Numbered from the stretch's first letter, positions 35,874 to 43,961 are shown. The stretch is DNA of 44,186 nucleotides from a virus (IMGVR_UViG_3300023707_000001); one strand, 5' to 3'. Notes: a model not told the origin generated them from the letters alone. Numbers and translations are program-made.

Positions 35874-36335
35874 TTACTCCTCTGCAATATAATGATGAAT
35901 ATCGATACCTTCGTGTACTGCGCGAAGGTCAAGATCGTCCAGATAATCGCACATATGGACATACTGCTTATGCAGGAGGTCGTAGCTGCAGCTCGGTGTA
36001 AACTTAAGTTCGCCGGCAGCATATTCATCCAGCATGCGGCGCAGGCTATTTAAGCGAAGTTCAAGCTGCATATATTCCGCAAGAAAGCGCTTTTTATAAT
36101 CCGGGCTGCGCATATCATCTACCGTTGACAAAAGGCCCGTGCCATTGTATTCAGAATAAGCCTTGTCAAAGGCTTCCTTTGGACTCCAGGACTCATAATC
36201 GTCGCTGTACTTTACAAGATAACCTTCATCCGCCGGGTTTTCATCGGCAGGAATCTGCCAGCCGCGATACTTATTGTATTCGCCTCGGGTCATGGGTTTT
36301 GCGTCTACTTCTTTAATGCCAATAAAATGCTTCAT
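35874..36335 (-). CDS. Two-domain phage protein (N-terminal 'KxxIGxK..EGYLVxY..SWSPK' domain + crAss001_48-like helical hairpin)
   Basis: MKHFIGIKEVDAKPMTRGEYN..RGW...EGYLVKYSDDYESWSPKEAF; DYKKRFLAEY.QL..R...L...M..YL..L..RA..EGI. Confidence 0.6.
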   Translation of the reverse strand: MKHFIGIKEVDAKPMTRGEYNKYRGWQIPADENPADEGYLVKYSDDYESWSPKEAFDKAYSEYNGTGLLSTVDDMRSPDYKKRFLAEYMQLELRLNSLRRMLDEYAAGELKFTPSCSYDLLHKQYVHMCDYLDDLDLRAVHEGIDIHHYIAEE

Positions 36336-36356
36336 GTTTATTCCTCTTTCTAACTG

Positions 36357-37196
36357 TTAAGCCGCAATTTCTTCTACGTGCTGCTCTTTTCCGGGAATTA
36401 TCTTGCAGGCTGTCGTAATCTGGCCTGTTACAAAATAATTTACCGAATCTATAGTGTCCTTTTCAAAAGGCTTGCTCCAGAACGATACCGATATTTTACG
36501 GTTATGGTACTTCCACCAATAGCTTGGGGCGTTTCCGTAATACGCATACGGCTCCCCACATAGCTTTTCGACAAGCCACTGTGCATCTACAAAAGCATGC
36601 TTGTCGGCAGGGTTTACATCGCCAAATTCTTTATACAAAATGCGCGCCTGCACATAATCCACAACATCTGCGTTTTCCGCGCACAAGTCCAAGAGTTTAC
36701 CAAGCTCCCCGCCGTTATAGCGATTGAGCACCATGGTGAATCTGCAGGTTTTATGTTCCGCCCGCAGCCAATCAATAATGCCCTGCCAGTCCGGAATATC
36801 CTCGCGTCCGCAAATGGACTTATTCTTTACCCTGCTCAATGCCTGAACGGAAAAGGAGATTTCTGCATTCAATTTGCGGAACACATTGATATTATCCCAA
36901 AAGAGATACCCGTTTGTACGGATACCGACCGAAATTCCCCGCTCGATAAGTATGTCAGTGATTTCATTGAGATACTTATACAGTAACGGGTCTGTCTTTA
37001 TACTGGACAGATATACCGTCGTAATTTCCTTTTCCGCCAGGAGTTCAAGAAATTTATCGAAATTCCGAAACTCCTGTGGCGGCGTAGCCATTGTTATTTG
37101 TTCTTCCTTTGTTGTTGCGCTTGCTTCTTTGCCGATACAATAGAAGCACTTGCAGTTGCAGTAACCAAGGAAGTATATTTCTCCATACCGATTGAT
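36357..37196 (-). CDS. Radical SAM protein (start extended upstream of the ORF-track call)
   Basis: In-frame CNCKCFYC (CxxxCxxC) lies upstream of the ATG at 37091; RTNG motif; no ATG/GTG/TTG before the motif; ATC 9 nt after AGGAG. Confidence 0.75.
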   Translation of the reverse strand: MNRYGEIYFLGYCNCKCFYCIGKEASATTKEEQITMATPPQEFRNFDKFLELLAEKEITTVYLSSIKTDPLLYKYLNEITDILIERGISVGIRTNGYLFWDNINVFRKLNAEISFSVQALSRVKNKSICGREDIPDWQGIIDWLRAEHKTCRFTMVLNRYNGGELGKLLDLCAENADVVDYVQARILYKEFGDVNPADKHAFVDAQWLVEKLCGEPYAYYGNAPSYWWKYHNRKISVSFWSKPFEKDTIDSVNYFVTGQITTACKIIPGKEQHVEEIAA

Positions 37197-37237
37197 TTTC
37201 TCTCACTCCTGTCGTATAAGGGTTTTAGGAATCGCTA

Positions 37238-37627
37238 TTAAGCTGCCTTAACTTCTCCGGTACTCTTTTCGATGGCGTCGTATATTTTTTCAGCCTGCCA
37301 CATTACAGCTTCCTTAGGACTAATTGAAAAATTTTCCGGAGAAAGCACCATGCACTTCATGCCGTATTTTTTACCGTTAACAATTTTCTGCATAGATACT
37401 ATGTAGTGACTGGCATCCTTCAGGAAGTTTTCTTTTGCAACACCCTGGCCGCCAAGAATTTCTTTTTCTCTTAACCTGCCAAGGTTTGCAATTCTTTCAG
37501 CGTTATTGACAAGGTCTGACCAATCCGACAAGATTACGGGGATTTTTACGGTCTCACCGCCAACTTCCTTTGTGATATCGACCTGAATCAATTCGTTCGT
37601 GTTATTTTTCATCGTTTTTTTCTCCAT
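37238..37627 (-). CDS. Hypothetical protein
   Basis: 129-aa ORF; ends EVKAA. Confidence 0.65.
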   Translation of the reverse strand: MEKKTMKNNTNELIQVDITKEVGGETVKIPVILSDWSDLVNNAERIANLGRLREKEILGGQGVAKENFLKDASHYIVSMQKIVNGKKYGMKCMVLSPENFSISPKEAVMWQAEKIYDAIEKSTGEVKAA

Positions 37628-38027
37628 GCCTTTTTAACTCCACGAGCAGTTTTGCAGTTCTGTCCAGCTGGGTATGCCACATAAGGTACTCTGTAGAACC
37701 ATCTATCTTAGGACGGAACGGCTCCCATGCAAGATGTAGAAGCTCATGAACAAGTGTAACTTCCATATCCTGTTTGAATGGCCACTCTTCGGTTTCAACA
37801 TCTTTCCGGTGTGACTCTTGGGTGAGTACCTTAATAACAGCTTTTTCGACACTGTATATCTGGAGAGAAATGCCATCGGCAATTCCTCCGTCATCATCAA
37901 GCAAATCATCTTTGCTGCCGAACATTACGCGAATATCCCAGGCCTCCAGATGAAGCTGTGTAATCCAGAAGTCTGCAAGTTCCTGCAGTTGCGGCAATGA
38001 GCAGATATATTCTACTTCTTTGCTCAT
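37602..38027 (-). CDS. HExxH zincin-like metallopeptidase-domain protein
   Basis: TLVHELLHL; ATGA coupling to the upstream gene. Confidence 0.65.
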   Translation of the reverse strand: MSKEVEYICSLPQLQELADFWITQLHLEAWDIRVMFGSKDDLLDDDGGIADGISLQIYSVEKAVIKVLTQESHRKDVETEEWPFKQDMEVTLVHELLHLAWEPFRPKIDGSTEYLMWHTQLDRTAKLLVELKRHGEKNDEK

Positions 38028-38629
38028 GGATGCACAACTTTCCACGGCTCGTCTTTAAACTGCTTATTTACTTTCTTCGGGATGGGGAAAACCTTATTTT
38101 CTTCCAACCAATCCTCTACGCGGTCGCAAATGTCATTAACCGCCGGCACAAGCTCCGGATTGATTTTCTTGGGAAAATCATGCCAGATGTCCAAAAGGAT
38201 TGCATCAATCTTGCTATCCATCTGAACAGCGTCACTAACATCACCGTTGCGCTTATCCTTATCCCAGTACTGTTCATTGCGCTCCAGTACATAATCGAAA
38301 TTCGTGTATTTCTTATAGGTGTCGATGACATATGGAACAAAAGAACCATTGTTTGGTTCCCGGTCATACGCAAGATTCAAAAGTAACGGGCTGTCACATA
38401 CGGCTACTTCTACGCCTGACTGCTCCAGTCGCCACATGCGGTGGGCCTGTACAGCAAAAAGATAATGTTGGTCAGCCATAATGTTATAAGCAAACTCGTA
38501 AGTAAGCTCTTTTGCAAATTCCCCGACAAGTTCCGCGCGAATTCCTCTGCGTTTCAGTTCCGCGTACAGGTCTGCAGCAAGCGTGGACTTGCCGATACCC
38601 GGGCCACCATAAAGGTTGATAGATATCAT
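38024..38629 (-). CDS. P-loop nucleotide-kinase-like protein (AAA_28/NadR-like)
   Basis: INLYGGPGIGKST, EFAKE, VCDSPLLL; GGAGG SD. Confidence 0.8.
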   Translation of the reverse strand: MISINLYGGPGIGKSTLAADLYAELKRRGIRAELVGEFAKELTYEFAYNIMADQHYLFAVQAHRMWRLEQSGVEVAVCDSPLLLNLAYDREPNNGSFVPYVIDTYKKYTNFDYVLERNEQYWDKDKRNGDVSDAVQMDSKIDAILLDIWHDFPKKINPELVPAVNDICDRVEDWLEENKVFPIPKKVNKQFKDEPWKVVHP

Positions 38630-38660
38630 CGCTTGTTTCCTCCAGATAGATTATTTTCGT

Positions 38661-38803
38661 GAGCCAATAAACAGAGTATTACCCTATGTATACTATTGGC
38701 GCTTTTCTTACTGACATGTTTCATTGTACTACTTTACGTTAGAAAAAGCAATAGTTTGTTAGTAAGATTTTTAAAATGGTTGTTACTTACTGTTTATTGG
38801 TTC
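38661..38803. repeat. 14-bp imperfect inverted repeat flanking a promoter
   Basis: GAGCCAATAAACAG (38661-38674) and CTGTTTATTGGTTC (38790-38803), 13/14 complementary. Confidence 0.5.
38723..38751 (-). promoter_or_regulatory. sigma70/SigA-type promoter
   Basis: TTGCTT-17 nt-TACAAT with A-rich upstream sequence in an AT-rich intergenic region. Confidence 0.6.
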
Positions 38804-38956
38804 CCTGAAATTAATCTATTCGGATGGTTCTCACGATAAGCAGGCACTTTTTTTCTTCTCCCCAGACTGCACGTTCAGCTTGGGTTGAATTCGTTGCCTG
38901 CACCGTAGATTCATATTTTTTTCCGTGGCTATCCAACCATGATACCGTATAGCTGT

Positions 38957-39493
38957 TCACTTCTTGTTGCCATTCTCCTCCCACGGCCTGTCGATAAAGA
39001 TATAATCTCCATCCGGCATGCCTTCGACAATATCACTGGTTTTTATCGGAACTACTGAAGTTGTTTCTCCAAACAACCAAGAAGCCACTTCATCTTCGAT
39101 TTCACCATCTTCTATTTCGCCAATACGCTGGGCGCAATCTATACCTTCCGCTTCGTATGCGTTCACAGGACTTCTATCATACTTATGGATAAAATCATGT
39201 ATGGTTGTCTTGAACCCACCATATGTAAGTTCTCGCCATCCATCGGTATTGTAAAAATACCCGCGCCATACAATAGTATCACCTCGAACGATGAAGAAGT
39301 CTTTGTCGCAGATGTCTTTGGCCTTGGAGTGCCAGTTGAAGTTATCGCGCATTTTGATGTAATCTTCAAATTCCTTCCAGTTGCCGCCAAGAATTTCAAA
39401 GGTATTCTGTATGGCTACACTGTGGCCGGGATGAGAGCACCAATAATCGTACAGTGCCATTTTTTTGGCTAAAGTTAACTCCATATGCTTCAC
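38957..39493 (-). CDS. Hypothetical protein
   Basis: 178-aa acidic ORF, AAGGGGGTG SD. Confidence 0.7.
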   Translation of the reverse strand: MKHMELTLAKKMALYDYWCSHPGHSVAIQNTFEILGGNWKEFEDYIKMRDNFNWHSKAKDICDKDFFIVRGDTIVWRGYFYNTDGWRELTYGGFKTTIHDFIHKYDRSPVNAYEAEGIDCAQRIGEIEDGEIEDEVASWLFGETTSVVPIKTSDIVEGMPDGDYIFIDRPWEENGNKK

Positions 39494-39499
39494 CCCTTC

Positions 39500-40015
39500 T
39501 TAACTATGGATATAATATACCTGCGGAATAACAAAGCGCGCCTCTTCATCTTCCTTGAGATTACAAAATACCTCGCGGACAAAATAATCCATTGACTGGA
39601 TAAATCCATCAGCATAATCTCCGCAACTTTGTGTGGGATAAGCTGATATGCGGGTGCTATTAACAGCTTCTTTCAAACGATATGCACCCATGGCGAGGAA
39701 TTCTGTGGGGCTAGTCGAATCAAGAACTTCTTGAATCTTCGCCATTTTTCTCTTAGCGTATGCTGCAGCATCTTTTTTGCGGAATACTAAAGTACCGTTT
39801 TCAACGCTTACAAAATCGCCGATGTATTTTGCGACTTCCTCGGCAGCCTCGATTCGCTGTTCTAATGTTTTCACGTCTTCGATATGGCTTACATAATCTC
39901 CGAACGGAGCAAAATCAGGAGAACCGGCCAGTTCATATTCGTCCGGGCCGCCGTTATACCCATTCTCCTCAAAATCATTAACTTCCGCAAATACATACAT
40001 AGGATATGCACCCAT
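39500..40015 (-). CDS. Hypothetical protein
   Basis: 171-aa ORF, TAATG coupling. Confidence 0.7.
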   Translation of the reverse strand: MGAYPMYVFAEVNDFEENGYNGGPDEYELAGSPDFAPFGDYVSHIEDVKTLEQRIEAAEEVAKYIGDFVSVENGTLVFRKKDAAAYAKRKMAKIQEVLDSTSPTEFLAMGAYRLKEAVNSTRISAYPTQSCGDYADGFIQSMDYFVREVFCNLKEDEEARFVIPQVYYIHS

Positions 40016-40419
40016 TACTCTTCCCCCTCATCATCGATGGCCCATGTTTTCATGCCATTCCATTCATTCTTAACTGTAATAGTAGCCTGCCTTACATACA
40101 TTTCGCTGCACTTGCTCTTAAACCATTCAATGATAGCATCCGGGTCATCGTGGTCACGTAGGTCACCGAAGATACTCACGGTATAGGCTGCGACGCAACT
40201 CTCGTTTGGGTTTACCCAAATAGTTTTAACCAACGAGCCTTCGCTGCCAAGAGGCATGAAATGCTCAGGGTGGTCTTCAGCTTCTACCCACCTTTCAAAC
40301 ACATCTCCGTAGCGAAGTTCCTTTCCCAAGATGCTGTCCCAATCTGGTTCAGCGTCTGCGCCGATACGCAAACCATCAACACGGATAATACCTGCTACAT
40401 GCGTCCAGTTACTCATCAT
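40015..40419 (-). CDS. Hypothetical protein
   Basis: 134 aa, MSNWTHVAGIIRVD...TVSIFGDLRD. Confidence 0.7.
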   Translation of the reverse strand: MMSNWTHVAGIIRVDGLRIGADAEPDWDSILGKELRYGDVFERWVEAEDHPEHFMPLGSEGSLVKTIWVNPNESCVAAYTVSIFGDLRDHDDPDAIIEWFKSKCSEMYVRQATITVKNEWNGMKTWAIDDEGEE

Positions 40420-40606
40420 CTTTCTCCATTTCTGATTCTACCCAGGAATATATCTCGTTACTTATTCTTTCGCGCCAATCCGGATTACGTTCGTCTGGTG
40501 CGTAAGGTTCTTCGACGGTAACAGAATCGCCGGATTCCGGTTCCAGAATTTCTGCTGTTACGGTTTTGCCGTCGCACTTAATTGTGATATTAAGCTCTTT
40601 CTGCAT
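40409..40606 (-). CDS. Small hypothetical protein
   Basis: 65 aa, GGAG SD, overlaps the next start. Confidence 0.6.
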   Translation of the reverse strand: MQKELNITIKCDGKTVTAEILEPESGDSVTVEEPYAPDERNPDWRERISNEIYSWVESEMEKDDE

Positions 40607-40612
40607 GCCGTC

Positions 40613-40918
40613 TCACTCCTCCTCATAAGATTTCTTGATATCTTCGATGGGAATATCTACCCTATCGGTATACTCGTCGATATTGCAGTTGCCGTACGTG
40701 CGAACAACTACTGCCTGGCCGTTTGTTTCAGATGTTGCATTTTCTTCCGGCACATCTTCAATCAGGGTAATGGGTACGGGTCCTTCATATTCATGGCCAG
40801 CCAGCTTAAAGTCCACATTAACACCCGGATAATCTGGGTTGTCAAAAGCTGTTACAACCAATAGGCCATGGGCAGTTTTGATTTCCATTGTTTTCTTTTC
40901 AAAGTCGAATTTAACCAT
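40613..40918 (-). CDS. Small acidic hypothetical protein
   Basis: 101 aa, GGAGGAG SD. Confidence 0.65.
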   Translation of the reverse strand: MVKFDFEKKTMEIKTAHGLLVVTAFDNPDYPGVNVDFKLAGHEYEGPVPITLIEDVPEENATSETNGQAVVVRTYGNCNIDEYTDRVDIPIEDIKKSYEEE

Positions 40919-40924
40919 GATTTA

Positions 40925-41170
40925 TCACTCCTCCGCCCTAAACGTAAATTCCTGCTTTTCAGCATCTACCCTGATAACGTCCAGAATCCGGTCGCAATCA
41001 TCACAGGTTGCTTCAATCGGCGTGTTCTTATACACTTTATCGGCGATGTCTGTTGCTTCCGTAAGAAGCTCACCGTCATCTTCGTGCAACGAGTAAGTTA
41101 CATCTACATTGGTTTTAAGCGTAACCCATCCGCCGCACATAGGACATTTGTTAATAGCTATTTTTTTCAT
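40925..41170 (-). CDS. Small zinc-ribbon protein
   Basis: CPMCGG...CDDCD; GGAGG SD. Confidence 0.65.
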   Translation of the reverse strand: MKKIAINKCPMCGGWVTLKTNVDVTYSLHEDDGELLTEATDIADKVYKNTPIEATCDDCDRILDVIRVDAEKQEFTFRAEE

Positions 41171-41185
41171 ACATTCCTCCGTCTT

Positions 41186-41641
41186 CTAACAGCCCATTCC
41201 TTTTATCATCTCTGAAATAAATTTTGTCTTTACTTTTCGTATCGTTTTTGCTTTTGCTGGTAGAATCAAACTTTTTTCGGTGGTCGGTCTAATTATTCCA
41301 TGAGTGAATAAATAATTCATATCTATCCTGCCCAGATAGAAGAATTGAGTTTTCTTGATAAACCACATTTCTCCATTCAATCGAAAGTCACTGCAACATG
41401 GTGGCAGATAAGGAGTTTCTTCGGTGAAGTACACGCAAGGATTCTCCGTAAACTCCAAGTTATTGGACTTTAGATATTCTGTACCATGAATTGCAAGCAG
41501 GCAATTATATATAGAATGTGATACGCAAATTCTCGGGATATTGCCTTCTTCCCGAATGATTTTCCAATCGCCATTCTTGGGAAGGCTTGGCTGTAAAATA
41601 GGGCTATCTCCCAGATATGTGTTCGTTACATGAAACCACAT
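41186..41641 (-). CDS. Hypothetical protein, possible ADP-ribosyltransferase-like fold
   Basis: MWFHVT...P..P...EE..IPRICVSHSI..CL.AI...D...GEMW pattern (H...S...E order). Confidence 0.45.
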   Translation of the reverse strand: MWFHVTNTYLGDSPILQPSLPKNGDWKIIREEGNIPRICVSHSIYNCLLAIHGTEYLKSNNLEFTENPCVYFTEETPYLPPCCSDFRLNGEMWFIKKTQFFYLGRIDMNYLFTHGIIRPTTEKSLILPAKAKTIRKVKTKFISEMIKGMGC

Positions 41642-41665
41642 ATTAAAGCTATTTTAACCTCCTTC

Positions 41666-41875
41666 CTAACGTACGACAAGCTTCTTAACGCGGTAACCGT
41701 ATTCATCACTGAGCCAGTCTGCGATGGCTTTAATTGGGTCGCCGTTTTCCGGCCAGAATCTTTTAGGGAGCTCCACACGCTTAGGAAGCTTCAACTCGGC
41801 ACAGGCAGACTTATAAGTTTCGCTCTTTTCTAAATCAATGTCCCAGATAATGCTATCAGCAAACATTTTTATCAC
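41666..41875 (-). CDS. Small protein, paralog family A
   Basis: MFADSIIWDID...LPKRVELP...IADWLSDEYG; near-duplicate of 43737-43961. Confidence 0.7.
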   Translation of the reverse strand: MIKMFADSIIWDIDLEKSETYKSACAELKLPKRVELPKRFWPENGDPIKAIADWLSDEYGYRVKKLVVR

Positions 41876-41876
41876 C

Positions 41877-42092
41877 TTAATTCTTCACCAATGGTTTTAA
41901 GTTCAGCCATTCAATCATCGTTGACAAACATGATGGCCATCGTTTACACTCACTCTCTGGAGAAGGAATCTGACATTCCGAGCAAAACTTCATTTTACAA
42001 TAGGTTTTTGCAAAATCTTCATCACTTAACTTGGAAAGGTCTTCTTTATTTTGGCTCGAAATCTTATGCATTACAAAGTCTTTATTTGTCAT
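41877..42092 (-). CDS. Small Cys-rich protein
   Basis: 71 aa, YC..FCSEC...C...C. Confidence 0.55.
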   Translation of the reverse strand: MTNKDFVMHKISSQNKEDLSKLSDEDFAKTYCKMKFCSECQIPSPESECKRWPSCLSTMIEWLNLKPLVKN

Positions 42093-42098
42093 GTCTCT

Positions 42099-42419
42099 TC
42101 ACCTTTCAATCTTACAGTCTTCGACATAATAGCCATACTGCTGCTGCAGCCAATCGATTATATCTTCTTTATGAAGGTTGCCAAAAATGCCTTCTTCGAG
42201 TTCCACTTCTGACGGAAGGTCTATTAAGCCGGCGCGGCAACTGTTATGCTGATGACGGAGATAGCTGTATACCATGCTTTCGCGTTCTTCATCCGACATA
42301 TGACTGTAAGTGTACGGATACATTTCCAGTTTTTCTGCGGCGACTTCATCATCCATCTCGCTCAGCTTGCAGAAGATTTCGTAGTCTGTTACGGCCCATT
42401 TGATATCATATGCCTTCAT
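42099..42419 (-). CDS. Small protein, distant member of paralog family A
   Basis: AYDIKW...LPSEVEL...IIDWLQQQYGYYV, with an internal insertion. Confidence 0.65.
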   Translation of the reverse strand: MKAYDIKWAVTDYEIFCKLSEMDDEVAAEKLEMYPYTYSHMSDEERESMVYSYLRHQHNSCRAGLIDLPSEVELEEGIFGNLHKEDIIDWLQQQYGYYVEDCKIER

Positions 42420-42440
42420 TTCGGTTCTACCGCCCTTCTT

Positions 42441-43241
42441 TTAATCAACTGGCTCGTCGTCTTTTAGCTCCCAATTCAGCAATTTTGCGCCGGTTTCATT
42501 GCGAATGGCGTTTACTACTTCCATATACGCCTTGCGCCCCAGGTTTCTGACATTGCGGAGCCCTTCTGGCTTAAGCCTGATAATGTCGAACACCGTTTCT
42601 ATTCCGTTTCTTTTCAAACAGGTGTATGCGCGAACAGACAGATTCAGGTCTTCGAGCGTTGGGTCAAAACATTTGGCGTCGTCGGTGATGGACTGTTCAT
42701 CTTCTGCGCTTTTGTAAAACTCGTCCAAATCCTGGTCTTTGAAACCAAAGTAACGCAAATCCGGTTCCTCAAATCCCATGCGTGTTAACTCTTTCAGCCG
42801 GTCCTTAGTATTTCCTCTGGCTGTATAGCCAACCACTTTTTTCAGCAGCTCTTCGAAACGTTCTGCTGTATTATTATACGGATACATTTTCTGGCGCTGG
42901 CGTATATCTGCCAATTCTTCCAGCTCTTTCAGGTCCAATACATACGTAACAGAAAATACGATGACGCTGTTAGCGCCAACATATTGTGCCGTCGTTTGGT
43001 CTGAATAAATATAGATGCAGCATCCAACATCTTTTTTATTGATTTTACCTTTTTCCCAGGCATCGGCTAGTTTCTCGTAGCCCGCTTCTTTCATTTTGGT
43101 GCCGAGTTCAAGACTGTCACTGGTGTCGGCAAAAAGAAGGTCTGCTATATCCGAATGGATATACTCCTTTACGTCTCCGAATAAGGCAGTTCTGGCGTTG
43201 TACTCCAAAGTAGCTGTTAATTGAATTTTATTCTGCATCAT
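42441..43241 (-). CDS. Protein with C-terminal RNA polymerase alpha-CTD-like domain
   Basis: LEDLNLSVRAYTCLKRNGIETVFDI...LRNVRNLGRKAYMEV matches the alpha-CTD consensus (LSVRsxNCLKxxgI...NLGxKS). Confidence 0.85.
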   Translation of the reverse strand: MMQNKIQLTATLEYNARTALFGDVKEYIHSDIADLLFADTSDSLELGTKMKEAGYEKLADAWEKGKINKKDVGCCIYIYSDQTTAQYVGANSVIVFSVTYVLDLKELEELADIRQRQKMYPYNNTAERFEELLKKVVGYTARGNTKDRLKELTRMGFEEPDLRYFGFKDQDLDEFYKSAEDEQSITDDAKCFDPTLEDLNLSVRAYTCLKRNGIETVFDIIRLKPEGLRNVRNLGRKAYMEVVNAIRNETGAKLLNWELKDDEPVD

Positions 43242-43244
43242 TGT

Positions 43245-43715
43245 CTGCTACTTAAAACATAGACAAAAGTGTCTACATCAAGATGTTTCGCTACAATCTC
43301 ACGATTTGTAGTTCCTTGTTCATCGTGTATGCTTTCGCCGTTTTTACAAACAAGCTAATCGCAAGTTCTAGTACACTCCAAAGGCGTAAATTCCCGACTA
43401 GCCATCGGTACATATCGACAGTATCTTGTTTATGACATTCTGCCGATTACATCTAGTAGCTTTCTCCTTTCATAATATTTTTATTTTTGCGTATTGGCTC
43501 GCCAGCCTTGCTTGGTTCTCGCATTTACCACTGTCCAACGGCTACCATCAGGGTGCTATCCCGTAGTTAGACGGACTGTTTCAACCGCCTCTGGTTTATT
43601 TCCAGCCATTCCGACTGCTGTAAAGTCAGCACGAACTAACTCAATCGGTTTTTATTGAGTCTTTAGCATATATTGCTACACACTTTTACATATTTGAGTA
43701 TGTTTTTAGTTACTT
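43245..43715 (-). mobile_element. ORF-less remnant of a TnpB-type IS200/IS605-like element (ends approximate)
   Basis: Segment ATGTACCGATGGCTAGTCGGGAATTTACGCCTTTGGAGTG...TTTTAAGTAGCAG resembles, from memory, right ends of Firmicutes tnpB elements. Hairpin-rich left part with an orphan SD (GAAAGGAG) and no long ORF. Confidence 0.55.
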
Positions 43716-43736
43716 AACACTATCTCCTTTCTTTTG

Positions 43737-43961
43737 TTAAGACAGCGTAAACTCTACAACGCAAAACCCATATTCGTCGCTAAGCCAATCCGTAATATCA
43801 TCATCATAGCATGGCAGACAGCTTTCAATGGCGTCTTTGCCTTCCGGCCACAACCATTTGGGAAGCTCTACTCGTTTTGGGAGTCCCAGTTCAGCGCGGG
43901 CGGCTTCATAAGTTTCGCCTTCTTCCAGGTCAATGTCCCAGACAATATTATCAGCAAACAT
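43737..43961 (-). CDS. Small protein, paralog family A
   Basis: MFADNIVWDIDLEE...LPKRVELP...ITDWLSDEYG. Confidence 0.7.
   Translation of the reverse strand: MFADNIVWDIDLEEGETYEAARAELGLPKRVELPKWLWPEGKDAIESCLPCYDDDITDWLSDEYGFCVVEFTLS

Noticed and set aside
38831-38960. Small ORF starting GTG AAC AGC TAT
   Set aside because: Only 28 codons before a stop; a longer product needs an unsupported frameshift.
43245-43715. Calling the insert a group I intron (IStron) outright
   Set aside because: No convincing P7 pair or G-U splice-site helix found; kept only as a hypothesis.
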